In this document: positions 12,641-24,620 of the stretch, one piece after another
Layout: each line of letters begins with the position of its first letter
How positions within the stretch are numbered: the first letter of the stretch is position 1
DNA from: Tubulanus polymorphus
Taxonomy: Eukaryota; Animalia; Nemertea
Reading direction: 5' to 3'
Assembly (NCBI RefSeq): GCF_964204645.1
Contig: NC_134028.1
Coordinates: 11,393,263 to 11,457,262, forward strand
DNA: 64,000 bases
The notes under the pieces: model-generated
What the model saw: only the letters and a program-made list of their open reading frames with translations
What the model was told of the DNA's origin: nothing
Database searches by the model: none
Made by a program: the position numbers and the translations under genes

Positions 12641-12756
12641 TAGGGACCCCTTTACCAGGATCTAGATATTTTAAAGAATTAGATAATAAATATTAATTTA
12701 TCAAAGTTTTATGAAATTTGTAATGAATTTAATATAGATATAAATAATTCTGATTT

Positions 12757-14093
12757 CCATTTGTCAAGCAATAACTTAGCAGACAAATTTCAATCTGCTT
12801 ATAAACAACGCCACAGTGTCGAAACAGCTCTGGTTTAAAATGTATAATGACTTACTTTGTTCATTAGATTCAAAGCAGTGTGTGTTACTTGTTTTGTTGG
12901 ATTTGAGCGCTGCTTTCGACACTGTGGATCACACTAGACTCGTAGAACGTCTTAATTTACTAGGAATTCAAGGCACAGTTCTTGATTGGCTCAGGTCATA
13001 TCTTAGCAATAGGACTCAAAGTGTATGTATAAATGGTAACTTTTCTGAGCAATTGGAAATCAAATTTGGTGTACCTCAGGGTTCCGTTTTGGGCCCTTTG
13101 CTTTTTGCAGCGTACATTACTCCTCTTGGTAACATCAGACAACAGCATGATCTTGATTATCATCTCTATGCTGATGATAATCAACTTTACATTGCGTTTA
13201 GTGTACCTGATTTGTTCCCATCATGTCAAATTATGTCTGAAGGAGCTGATGATTTGAATTGCTGGATGAGGAATGATTTCCTCAAATGCAACGGGGATAA
13301 GACAGATGCGCTATTCGTGTATACTAGAAATATGTATAGTCAGCTTCAACAGTTACCTCATATCAGAATTATTGATTCTGACATCAGACCTTCTACTTCT
13401 GTTCGGAATCTTGGAGTAATTTTTGGCTCGGAGCTTACTTTCAAAGATCAAATATCATCCATTGTTAAATCCTGCAACTTTCATTTACGTATCATAAGCA
13501 AAATAAGGGGCTTTTTATCTGATGACGCTGCTCGGATTTATGTCCATGCCTTGGTTACTTCACGTCTTGATTTCTGCAACTCCTTGCTTAACGGGCTCCC
13601 TGCAAAGTCCCTCAAACCACTTCAGAGAGTGCAAAACAATGCAGCACGTCTAATTTCTCGCTCTAGCAAGTTTTCATCCATTTCATCTCTTCTGCATGAC
13701 CTACACTGGTTACCAGTTGCATACCGCATTTGTTTTAAAGTTATTATGCTATCTTTCCAGGCTATACATAATTTAGCTCCTCCATACTTATCTGAACTTG
13801 TTACACTTAACTCACCACCTCGTGCACTTCGATCAGCCAATCAGTTTCTGCTAGTTGTCCCTTTGTTTCATCGTGAATCTACAGGTAGCCGGGCATTTTC
13901 CAACAGCGCCCCAAAATTGTGGAACCAGCTTCCGCTTAGCCTTCGTGCTATCACTTCATTAGATCAATTCAGGAAGCAGCTAAAATGCTTCCTTTTTAAG
14001 GAGGTATTTTATAATTTGTAAAGCTCATTGAGCAGCTTAGCTGGATTTAGCGCTATATAAGATCCTTTATTATTATTGTTATTATTATTATTA
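12757..14093 (+). mobile_element. 5'-truncated L2-clade LINE with (TTA)n tail
   Basis: RT ORF, short 3' UTR ending GCGCTATATAAG..(TTA)n, interrupting the Maverick gene at TGATTT|...TTTAGAAC. Confidence 0.85.
12816..14021 (+). CDS. Non-LTR reverse transcriptase (C-terminal part of ORF2)
   Basis: LDLSAAFDTVDH, GVPQGSVLGP, YADD, RNLGV, LHWLPV motifs. Confidence 0.85.
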   Translation: MSKQLWFKMYNDLLCSLDSKQCVLLVLLDLSAAFDTVDHTRLVERLNLLGIQGTVLDWLRSYLSNRTQSVCINGNFSEQLEIKFGVPQGSVLGPLLFAAYITPLGNIRQQHDLDYHLYADDNQLYIAFSVPDLFPSCQIMSEGADDLNCWMRNDFLKCNGDKTDALFVYTRNMYSQLQQLPHIRIIDSDIRPSTSVRNLGVIFGSELTFKDQISSIVKSCNFHLRIISKIRGFLSDDAARIYVHALVTSRLDFCNSLLNGLPAKSLKPLQRVQNNAARLISRSSKFSSISSLLHDLHWLPVAYRICFKVIMLSFQAIHNLAPPYLSELVTLNSPPRALRSANQFLLVVPLFHRESTGSRAFSNSAPKLWNQLPLSLRAITSLDQFRKQLKCFLFKEVFYNL

Positions 14094-14979
14094 TTTAGAA
14101 CACAAATTGGAACAATAAGATCAAGTCCTTGTCCTGAAAATATTTTACAATATTGTGCACTTCCCATACCATCTAATAGTTTTTATAATATCTATAATAA
14201 TAAATTAGGTTATGGTAAAATAGAAAACATGGATTTAGAAACATTAAATTTCAATAAATTACCGAAATTTTATGATCATTTAAAACAAGAAAACAATAAT
14301 GGTTGGGTTTGTTTTATTTTAGATAATAGTGAAGGTTTTACTAAATCAGGTATAAAGAGAATAAATCAATCAATTAGAACTTATTTGATATGTATTCTAG
14401 GTGCACAAGTTGAAACAAGATCCCCAATAATTGGAATTTTATATACATCAATTGATACACAAAAACAATTTAAAGTATTATTTGAAGATTCAATTCATAA
14501 TGATAAAAATAGATCGATTCCAGAAAATATAGGAAGATATCAAATTTATTTAGATAAATAACATATTAGATTAAATTATTGTATAGGCCCTAATCTATTA
14601 ATCATTTCTGATGATTTAATATTAAAAATGGGAAATATAATTGATTATAATTATCTAATTAAGTCTGCAACAATTAATAATAATTTTGAGTTAAATGATA
14701 TAAATAAAAAGATTATTACTGCTCCAAAACTAATGGAAGGTAAAAAAATTAAAAAAATTCAATCAACAGAAACTAAAACTAAGAATATTAAATAGGATAA
14801 TGATTCTAAAATAAAAGATTACAATACTACAGAAAATATAAAAACTGATATTCAACATGATATAATTAAAAGTAATAATGATAATAAATCCCATGAAAAT
14901 ACTAAATTAGCTATAACTTGTATAGGAATTGTAATAGGTGGAATATTATATTATAGATTTTAATTTTTATAAGATATAA

Positions 14980-16160
14980 ATGGATGTAGAAGGTAGAGAA
15001 GCTTATGAAATGGGAGAAATGGGAAATAATGATGATGGATATAATTATGAACCGCAATGTGATTTTAATGAAACTAATATTGATAATGATGATGGATTAG
15101 CATATAATTCTAATTTAGCAGATAGTGGTTCTAAAGCCCCTTCTACGAAACTAGATCAAGAATAAATGCTGAAAATGAAAATCCAGATTTAGTAAAACAA
15201 AATTTAGAATATAATGAATATATTTATAATTTCAAACCTATATTTAAGATCTGGATATAATATAAATGATAGAGGTGCCAGATATTTAGTAAGAGAATTA
15301 AAATTTTTTGATGGTGAATATTATTATCATTTGAAAGATGATTATTTTATTAATATCACTTATAAAAATCAAAACAAAATATAACTTCCAAAACTAGTAA
15401 CCTTAAATCAAATAAAGTTCCAATTGAAAAACTTTTCCCGAATGGATATATAGATGCAACAGATCAACAATTAGAAGATTTAAATATATTTTCTGATAAA
15501 GCAATTAGAGAAATTATTAGTATAAGAAATAAAGCTGATGCAGATGATAAAAGTATGAGATTTTTAAATTTAGAAAAAGATAGAACTGATAAAATTAAAT
15601 AAATAGAACAATTAAAATTAGATAGAGATATTAAAGTTATTGAAGAAATTGAATTCAAAAAAAGAAATGCATATTTAGAAAAAGAAAAAGATGACTTAGA
15701 ATATAACATAAAAATTATATGATTATAATATTAATAGATTAAAAGCTATTTTTAAAGATTTGTTGATAAAACCAAATTCTGTAATATTATTAAAAGATAG
15801 AATAAAATTATTATTTAAACTAGAAGGTATCACAATTCTTTCAATTATTTACAACAATTGGTTTAGCCATATCAAATTCATTAAAATCTACGCCTACACC
15901 TAATAAACCGGATAAACCCCCGAGTAATAACTCAATAAAAGATAAAGTGAAAGATGGTTTAAAAAAATTAGCAAAATATTTATGGGAATTATCTAAAAAA
16001 TCTGCTGCAGCTTTACCCGGAGTTATTGCATCAATTGTTAGTTTTGTTTTAAAATCTGCTGGAAGTATTCTTAACTTTGCTGCTGAACATATTATTTTAT
16101 TTTTAATTACAGTTGTAAGTGTTATTATTTTTGGATAAGTTAATATGATAAAAAAATAAT
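14980..16160 (+). pseudogene. ~480-aa coiled-coil/membrane protein (element A), disrupted
   Basis: Homologous to 32577-34037 and 48002-49444, with deletions and frameshifts. Confidence 0.85.
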
Positions 16161-16179
16161 TAATTTTTTTGTTAAATAA

Positions 16180-17420
16180 ATGAGTGGGAGTTATATAAAT
16201 TCTTCTAAGAATTCTAGAATATCTAATGCTATTAAAGCAGAAAGATCTCATCTTATAATTACTCATAATCCTTCTTATATTAATCCTGATGAAACTTTAT
16301 ATGTTAGAATCCCGAGATTAAATCAAAATACTTTTTATGTTCCAAATAGTATTCATTTGTCAGCTGATATAAATGAAACTGGTAATAATAATAATTATGT
16401 TGTAGATAATGTTGGAAGATATTTAATTAAAAAATTAATTGTAAAGATTGGTCCAAAAATAGTTTTTTCATTAGGAGATTATGATTTATTTATGCATTAT
16501 AAAGATTTATGGTTAACAAAAGAAAATAGAAATAATATGATATTTCAAGGCATTCAATCAGAAAACCATAATAAATTAAATTCAGGGGCTAATGACGCAA
16601 TAGTAACTAATCCTACAGATAAGTTGATAAAAACGATTTATGGAAGCAAATATAAAATTCCACTAGACTTTGAATTGATAAATAATAATGCGCCTTTATA
16701 TAAATATGCTATACTAGAAGATATTATATTTGAAATAATTTTTGCTCCTGTTAATGAAATTGTATTATCAAGCGTTGTTAAAGATATGGGTTATAAATTA
16801 TCAAATATATGTTTAGAATATGATACAGTAACTGATGAAAATATTGCTTGCACAATTCAAACTCAATATGAACAAGGATTTTCGTTATTACATGATCATA
16901 TTGATAAATTTAAAACTGTAACTATTAATGCAATTGATGAAATAATCAATGAGAATATCATCTTCCCAAGAAGATCTATCTAGGTATATTAATATTTTTT
17001 ACCATTGCAACATATTCTAATGGCGCAATAAATGTTGATAATTATTATAATCCTGAAATATTAAGTAGAAATAACAATTGAAGGTATAGCAAATAAAATA
17101 ATTTGTCAAGGAATGCGAATGATAGATCAGTGGCCAGAAATTAGAAAACATTGTATGAATGAAAAAGTAAAATCATCTGAAGATTGTAATATTAATCAAA
17201 TAGATTATTATACCGGTAATAAATATGCATTATGGTTAGATTTTAGAACAACTGAAGATAATTTATTACATGGTCCTGGGAAGAAATACAGAACACTAAA
17301 GATGGGATACAATTATTCATGAAAAAGAAAACAGGAAGTTTAAATTTCAAAATGCACATATATTATATCTGACGCGCGATTAAATATTATAAATTCTCAA
17401 TTGGATAGTGTTATGTATTA
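16180..17420 (+). pseudogene. Major capsid protein (element A), frameshifted
   Basis: Homologous to 34133-35380; stop after FPRRSI and further frameshifts. Confidence 0.85.
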
Positions 17421-17430
17421 AAATTTTAAA

Positions 17431-17756
17431 ATACATACATACATACGTACATACGTACACACGTACACACCTACACACATACACACATACACACCTACAC
17501 ACCCACATACACACATACACACCCACATACACACCCACATACACATACACATACCCACATACACATACCCACATACACATACACATACCCACATACACAT
17601 ACACATATACACACATATACACATACACATATACACATACACATACCCACATACACATACCCACATACACATACCCACATACACACACACATACACACAC
17701 ACACATACACACACACACACATACACATACACACATACATACATACATACATACAT
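17431..17756. repeat. CA-rich compound microsatellite (CATACA/CACA)
   Basis: Direct inspection. Confidence 0.95.
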
Positions 17757-18293
17757 AGATTGAATAAAATATATATATGTATGTGTGGCCTTACCAAAAT
17801 GTAAAATCACATGACTAAGTCTCAAATAGTTATTTTCTTGGCTATATATCAACACAATTTATCTCACAAAAGAAAAAATTCAAAGCGTAAATCATTTGAA
17901 AGGGTATACCTGGTAGCTCCACTATTATCGTCGCGTAGCCCAAAAACTACACAACATAACTCAGATTTACATTATAGTGTACCATTATGGTGATTGACTG
18001 GTAACAGGTAAAAATCCCCCAGATAAATATCGCCCCAACTTTGGTTTCACAGCAAAATTCAATAAAATACTTCAATATTCTTATGTTGAAAAACTTATAA
18101 TAGTTTTCAAAAATTTCAAAAATGTTCCGTGGTGTTTTTCACAATATTCACCTTGGATAATCTATGACTTTTACCAAGTTAAGTGCATAAACAAGAGGAT
18201 GCACTATTCTATGACCAAGACTTTTACTTACCAGATTTCATCTTGATTTTAATTAGATTAAACTTTTTCCATTTATCATTTGGTAGCTGACCT

Positions 18294-18410
18294 TCATCCA
18301 TTGATGCCAGGAGGCCACATGACTGTCTCATTAATGATCCATTTCAACGGAATAACGTCGCTGTATACTTTCCCATTGCTTTCCTCCCAAACAGCACTTG
18401 CCCACATCTT
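18294..18410 (-). pseudogene. Exon of a transposon accessory gene (DUF4806-associated N-terminal type), duplicated copy
   Basis: MWASAVWEE..DVIPLKWI..VMWPP resembles the V-P-x-x-W...WPP N-terminus of genes that accompany this transposase class (recalled family knowledge, unverified). Confidence 0.35.
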
Positions 18411-18647
18411 AAAAAAAAGACAAGAAAGAAATTCTAAAAATGGGCTTGTTGACATGGTTGTACTGAAAGCTTGGTTGTTTTGTATTTCTGTAGTAGAGTT
18501 TGAACTTTGAACAGAGACAGCCAAGAGATAGGTGTTGTCTTACATCGTCACACTGAATGTTACACCCGGGTACTGGGAATTGGAATGGTTTTATTGTAGA
18601 CGTGGACCAAGTTAGTGCAAGCTTTTAGATGGTTGTTATTTGAATAT

Positions 18648-19873
18648 ATAAATTCTTCTAAGAATTCTAGAATATCTAATGCTATTAAAGCAGAAAGATC
18701 TCATCTTATAATTACTCATAATCCTTCTTATATTAATCCTGATGAAACTTTATATGTTAGAATCCCGAGATTAAATCAAAATACTTTTTATGTTCCAAAT
18801 AGTATTCATTTGTCAGCTGATATAAATGAAACTGGTAATAATAATAATTATGTTGTAGATAATGTTGGAAGATATTTAATTAAAAAATTAATTGTAAAGA
18901 TTGGTCCAAAAATAGTTTTTTCATTAGGAGATTATGATTTATTTATGCATTATAAAGATTTATGGTTAACAAAAGAAAATAGAAATAATATGATATTTCA
19001 AGGCATTCAATCAGAAAACCATAATAAATTAAATTCAGGGGCTAATGACGCAATAGTAACTAATGCTACAGATAAGTTGATAAAAACGATTTATGGAAGC
19101 AAATATAAAATTCCACTAGACTTTGAATTGATAAATAATAATGCGCCTTTATATAAATATGCTATACTAGAAGATATTATATTTGAAATAATTTTTGCTC
19201 CTGTTAATGAAATTGTATTATCAAGCGTTGTTAAAGATATGGGTTATAAATTATCAAATATATGTTTAGAATATGATACAGTAACTGATGAAAATATTGC
19301 TTGCACAATTCAAACTCAATATGAACAAGGATTTTCGTTATTACATGATCATATTGATAAATTTAAAACTGTAACTATTAATGCAATTGATGAAATAATC
19401 AATGAGAATATCATCTTCCCAAGAAGATCTATCTAGGTATATTAATATTTTTTACCATTGCAACATATTCTAATGGCGCAATAAATGTTGATAATTATTA
19501 TAATCCTGAAATATTAAGTAGAAATAACAATTGAAGGTATAGCAAATAAAATAATTTGTCAAGGAATGCGAATGATAGATCAGTGGCCAGAAATTAGAAA
19601 ACATTGTATGAATGAAAAAGTAAAATCATCTGAAGATTGTAATATTAATCAAATAGATTATTATACCGGTAATAAATATGCATTATGGTTAGATTTTAGA
19701 ACAACTGAAGATAATTTATTACATGGTCCTGGGAAGAAATACAGAACACTAAAGATGGGATACAATTATTCATGAAAAAGAAAACAGGAAGTTTAAATTT
19801 CAAAATGCACATATATTATATCTGACGCGCGATTAAATATTATAAATTCTCAATTGGATAGTGTTATGTATTA
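18648..19873 (+). pseudogene. Second copy of the MCP pseudogene of A (lacks start)
   Basis: Part of the tandem duplication; same lesions as 16180-17420. Confidence 0.85.
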
Positions 19874-19883
19874 AAATTTTAAA

Positions 19884-20235
19884 ATACATACATACATACG
19901 TACATACGTACACACGTACACACCTACACACATACACACATACACACCTACACACCCACATACACACATACACACCCACATACACACCCACATACACACC
20001 CACATACACATACACATACCCACATACACATACCCACATACACATACACATACCCACATACACATATACACATACACATATACACACATACACATATACA
20101 CATATACATATACACATACACATACCCACATACACATACCCACATACACACATACACATACCCACATACACACACACATACACACACACACACATACACA
20201 CACACATACACACATACATACATACATACATACAT
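19884..20235. repeat. CA-rich compound microsatellite (second copy)
   Basis: Direct inspection. Confidence 0.95.
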
Positions 20236-20772
20236 AGATTGAATAAAATATATATATGTATGTGTGGCCTTACCAAAATGTAAAATCACATGACTAAGTC
20301 TCAAATAGTTATTTTCTTGGCTATATATCAACACAATTTATCTCACAAAAGAAAAAATTCAAAGCGTAAATCATTTGAAAGGGTATACCTGGTAGCTCCA
20401 CTATTATCGTCGCGTAGCCCAAAAACTACACAACATAACTCAGATTTACATTATAGTGTACCATTATGGTGATTGACTGGTAACAGGTAAAAATCCCCCA
20501 GATAAATATCGCCCCAACTTTGGTTTCACAGCAAAATTCAATAAAATACTTCAATATTCTTATGTTGAAAAACTTATAATAGTTTTCAAAAATTTCAAAA
20601 ATGTTCCGTGGTGTTTTTCACAATATTCACCTTGGATAATCTATGACTTTTACCAAGTTAAGTGCATAAACAAGAGGATGCACTATTCTATGACCAAGAC
20701 TTTTACTTACCAGATTTCATCTTGATTTTAATTAGATTAAACTTTTTCCATTTATCATTTGGTAGCTGACCT

Positions 20773-20887
20773 TCATCCATTGATGCCAGGAGGCCACATG
20801 ACTGTCTCATTAATGATCCATTTCAACGGAATAACGTCGCTGTATACTTTCCCATTGCTTTCCTCCCAAACAGCACTTGCCCACATC
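20773..20887 (-). pseudogene. Exon of a transposon accessory gene downstream of the CACTA-type transposase
   Basis: Same as 18294-18410; co-oriented with the transposase. Confidence 0.35.
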
Positions 20888-21701
20888 TTAAAAAAAAGAC
20901 AAGAAAGAAATTCTAAAAATGGGCTTGTTGACATGGTTGTACTGAAAGCTTGGTTGTTTTGTATTTCTGTAGTAGAGTTTGAACTTTGAACAGAGACAGC
21001 CAAGAGATAGGTGTTGTCTTACATCGTCACACTGAATGTTACACCCGGGTACTGGGAATTGGAATGGTTTTATTGTAGACGTGGACCAAGTTAGTGCAAG
21101 CTTTTAGATGGTTGTTATTTGAATATTGTGGTGTCTTTTCAAAATCTATCATATGTTGATAATTGCTAGATTACTTAGAAAAATTTTACAGCTGAAAGAA
21201 AAAACGTGACTAATTCGAGTGACTTCAGGCGAAGGGAAGCGAATACGAAAATAAATAGGAGCCACGATTTTTTAAATAATAAAGACATAAAGCAAGAATG
21301 AGTTGCATTTCCTTCAAATGACAATCCACTATAATCATCCGATAAAGTTAAATGTCATCATAGACTACCGCCCCTGGCTCTCTGAAGAGACAGGTAACCA
21401 GTGAATTCAATTCAATTCAATTCAAGTCAGTATTTATTTTACAGAAAAGCAGTTTTAAGTTTTAGATAATGGCAAACGGCCGCTAACACGATCACCAAAT
21501 GAAAGTTAAAGAACATTAAAATAATTTTTAAAAGCGTGAAAGTGAAAATGTTTTATGATGAAATTTTAATTGTGTCAATAAAGAATGAATTGAATTGTCA
21601 TCAGCACTATGCCACGTATGAATCCCAATTTCAAGACTGATCACGCATGCTCAACCAAGGTTGGTGTGCGCTGCTAAAAAAACTTATCTGATTAAACAAA
21701 A

Positions 21702-23577
21702 TCATAAAACAAAGAAAACGACAACCGATATAGCAGGAACTGGAATGCAGACAGCTTTTCTGCTCTTAGTAAGACGTTCCTTACTGATCAATCTCTGCCT
21801 GGTACCACGGACTCGCTCAAGGTTAGCAATGAAGTAAACGCTCAGAATGCGAGAATCGCAAGGTTCATTATAATAACTCTGCATCATATATATCTTTACA
21901 ACATCACACAGACAATAATCATCACGGACCTCGATAACAAATGCAAATTCAGAGGTATTTATGTAAAACACACTGTCTTTATCATCATTTGAAATCCTAG
22001 AGATCCGTTGTTTCCTGTCATACATAGAGGCTTGATGTGTTTCAAATTCTTCAACTCGTTTGACAACCTGTACGAGTGGAGCTTGGGATTTTTTACTAAA
22101 CTTTTGAGCACTTGTAAAAATTTTCAAAGGGAAAACCAGATATTTCATTCAAAGAGCATCTGAAGTGTTCAATGTCCTGATACAAATGTATCAAACCATG
22201 CACATTGTATGTGTAGAATGTTGTCCCATAAAATTCTGAAGATCTGAAGCATCCTGACAAAATACACTAGAAGATCTGAAGCATACAGCAATAGTCTCTT
22301 ATCTCTTGAGATGGATTTAGCATTATCAACATAGCGATGTTTAGAGACAGAAAATGCTTGTAATTAGCCACTGGCAAAATGTTACGCAATGCAATGGAAC
22401 CAGTATACAAAATAAACTGCCTGAATTCTGTGGCCTTCCAACGGTCTAAATACGCAAGAAGTCGTGGTTGGCTGGAAAAATCACTGGACATTTTTCCTTT
22501 CAATGGGTCCAATACATCCGAAACTCGTTGAATGTGCAAATTTGAAAGTTTACATATTCTTGGGCCTGTCTTCAGAAAACTAAGCAATCGTTGGACAACC
22601 CCCAAACACACAAGGTGCATATAATCGAGTGGGAATTGGGGCACGCACCTGATACCTGCTTCAATGAGGGGAGACTTTCCGACTTGATGTATGTTATATT
22701 TACAATCAGTGAATTTTGCATCAGTTTGCAAATCATACGCATGAATGCTGTTAAATACTACACGTCTTTCCCAGTTACCCCGAATTTTACAGCGCTCACA
22801 AGAAAAATATGCATTGTGTCCAATAATGCATTTGACATATGATCTCGCGGGAGCGTCGCAAACAAAAGCTTTAACATACACATTAAACATCTTTCCAAAA
22901 TAAACCACTCCGGTGTTTTGCAGGAGGTTGTTCATCAACAAAATCATTGAAATATACCTCCACATTATCAGGCTTACTGTCTCCAACGAATAATGCAACA
23001 ATAAACGGATTGAAATCAATGAAATTGGCCAAAATTGGGCTTTACTGGATTTAAACAACGGTAAACCATCAATATTAACGATAAGTTCGACAGTATCTTG
23101 CTCTCTCACAAAACTGGGATTTACAGCCAAACAATGAAGAATTCCACGTTCAATACCAAGATATACGTAGTGACCACCCAATTGCTGAACGGTTTCTACA
23201 TTTCGAGGTCGTTTTAACAATGTTCTGCGGTCCTTAGGTAAATCATGACCATGACCACGTAGAATAGCAAGTAGCTCGTTCAATGCTCCTTGAGTGCATT
23301 TATTTTCAACTGCCCATCTCACTAATTGCTGTTTAAGATTAAGATCTTCGATGGCATCGTCATCACTCAAATATATATCTTGCTTAGAATCAGAAGCAGA
23401 AGTTTCAACATACTCTACAGGGCGGTCCATTTCATGATCTTCTAAAGAGTCCGATGCAGATGTTTGATCATGATTTACATGAAAATCATTGCCATTAGGA
23501 ATTGCTTCAGCTGACCCATCATCACTCGTCGATGATTGAAGTAAGAGTCCATCCTGGTGATCACTGATCCCTTCCAC
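21702..23577 (-). pseudogene. CACTA/EnSpm (CMC)-type transposase, decayed
   Basis: NIDGLPLFKSS..WP, CDAPARS..GHNAYFSCERC, PLDYMHLVCLGV, WKATEFRQF motifs; frameshifted. Confidence 0.75.
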
Positions 23578-24183
23578 TTCTTCACGGACAAGTGCGTCAC
23601 TAAATCTCCATCTTCTAACTTGCCGTGTACCCTATAATATGTAGTAAATGGTAACGCTCTGTCCCAAGTCCCAAGTGGGCTAAAAATGATACCTTGTTCC
23701 TCATTTGCGGCTGAGTACAAAAATCATAGACTTAGAGACCCGGTAAAATCGGCCAGCCGGTGGGCTGAAGATTGGTCATTGGATTACAAGAAATAAAACA
23801 AGAAATAAAATTCTTAATATGGACTTTCCTAAATTTACATGATAGTATATTTTTAATCCAGCATCAAAATTGAACATTGGTACTCTAGAGATTAAGCAGA
23901 ACAAATGGAAAAGAGTAAAAACTCCATTGGATTGAATTCAAACGATGCAAGAAATTTTTAAAAGCGTCAAAGTGAAAATGTTTTATGATCATCATGGATT
24001 AAATCCATTAATACTAATATAGTGCCAGTCCTAATTAAGAATTTTAAGAATGTTTTACATTTGCGATTATAAGACATTCTGGTGCGTTCATAAATCTTTG
24101 ATTTTGTAGAAAAGAAAGATAAAAGAATAAATTTGTCTTTTAGGCTTAATTTGTTTTAAGGATATATGAGAGAGGAATATACA

Positions 24184-24620
24184 AGTAATAGGGATAATAG
24201 GCTTTCAGATCAAAGGTCGAACGGTCGAGCTCGTAAAAAATGAAAAACATAAAAATAATTACAATTTCTACTTGAATTACTCGCGAAACTCATAAAAATG
24301 AAAAATAAATTCTCACACGCTCGAATTTATTTTTCATTTTTATGAGTTTCACTCCTAATTCAAGTAGAAATTGTAATTATTTTTATGTTTTTCATTTTTT
24401 ACTCACCCGCCCGTTCAACCTTTAACCCGAAAGCCTATTATCCCTATTACTCTTAAAATATTCATATATATGAATAACATTTAAATCATTGAACTTCTAA
24501 AATCAATTTTAATAAAAAATATAGTATTAAAATGGAAGCAAATAAGTACTACTGCCCAACATGTAATATCGATATAGATAAATCCCAAAAAGCAAGACAC
24601 AATAAAACTAGAACACATTT
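24184..24620 (+). repeat. Left TIR of B (hairpin 24184-24451 plus polB promoter and first ~30 codons)
   Basis: Inverted match to 60572-61008 with only ~2 visible substitutions. Confidence 0.95.

Larger units (their letters stand above)
9981..14963 (+). pseudogene. ~435-aa conserved Maverick protein (WQNQLNFAVYCATTGCG family), element A, split by three insertions
   Basis: Pieces at 10101-10495, 12643-12756 and 14094-14963 match 31172-32559. Confidence 0.85.
5207..17430 (+). mobile_element. Maverick/Polinton A, decayed left part (terminus to capsid gene)
   Basis: Left terminal hairpin 5207-5297, then the same gene order as B and C, with many stops, frameshifts, deletions and three insertions. 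Confidence 0.9.
16195..21126. repeat. Near-identical ~2.45-kb tandem duplication (16195-18647, 18648-21126)
   Basis: Junction with TAT microhomology at 18645-18647; differences mostly in the microsatellite. Confidence 0.9.

Noticed and set aside
9867-14021. Diversity-generating retroelement or retron (RT plus a duplicated segment)
   Set aside because: The RT is a typical L2 non-LTR ORF2 with a (TTA)n tail. The duplicated 114 bp is part of the RT itself and shows no adenine-specific variation.
17380-20334. Overlapping His/Thr/Tyr- and Val/Cys/Met-rich ORFs
   Set aside because: Translations of the CA microsatellites.
21523-23990. ~37-bp direct repeat flanking the CACTA transposase as element ends
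   Set aside because: Direct rather than inverted, no CACT(A/G) termini or TSD found; element boundaries left undefined.
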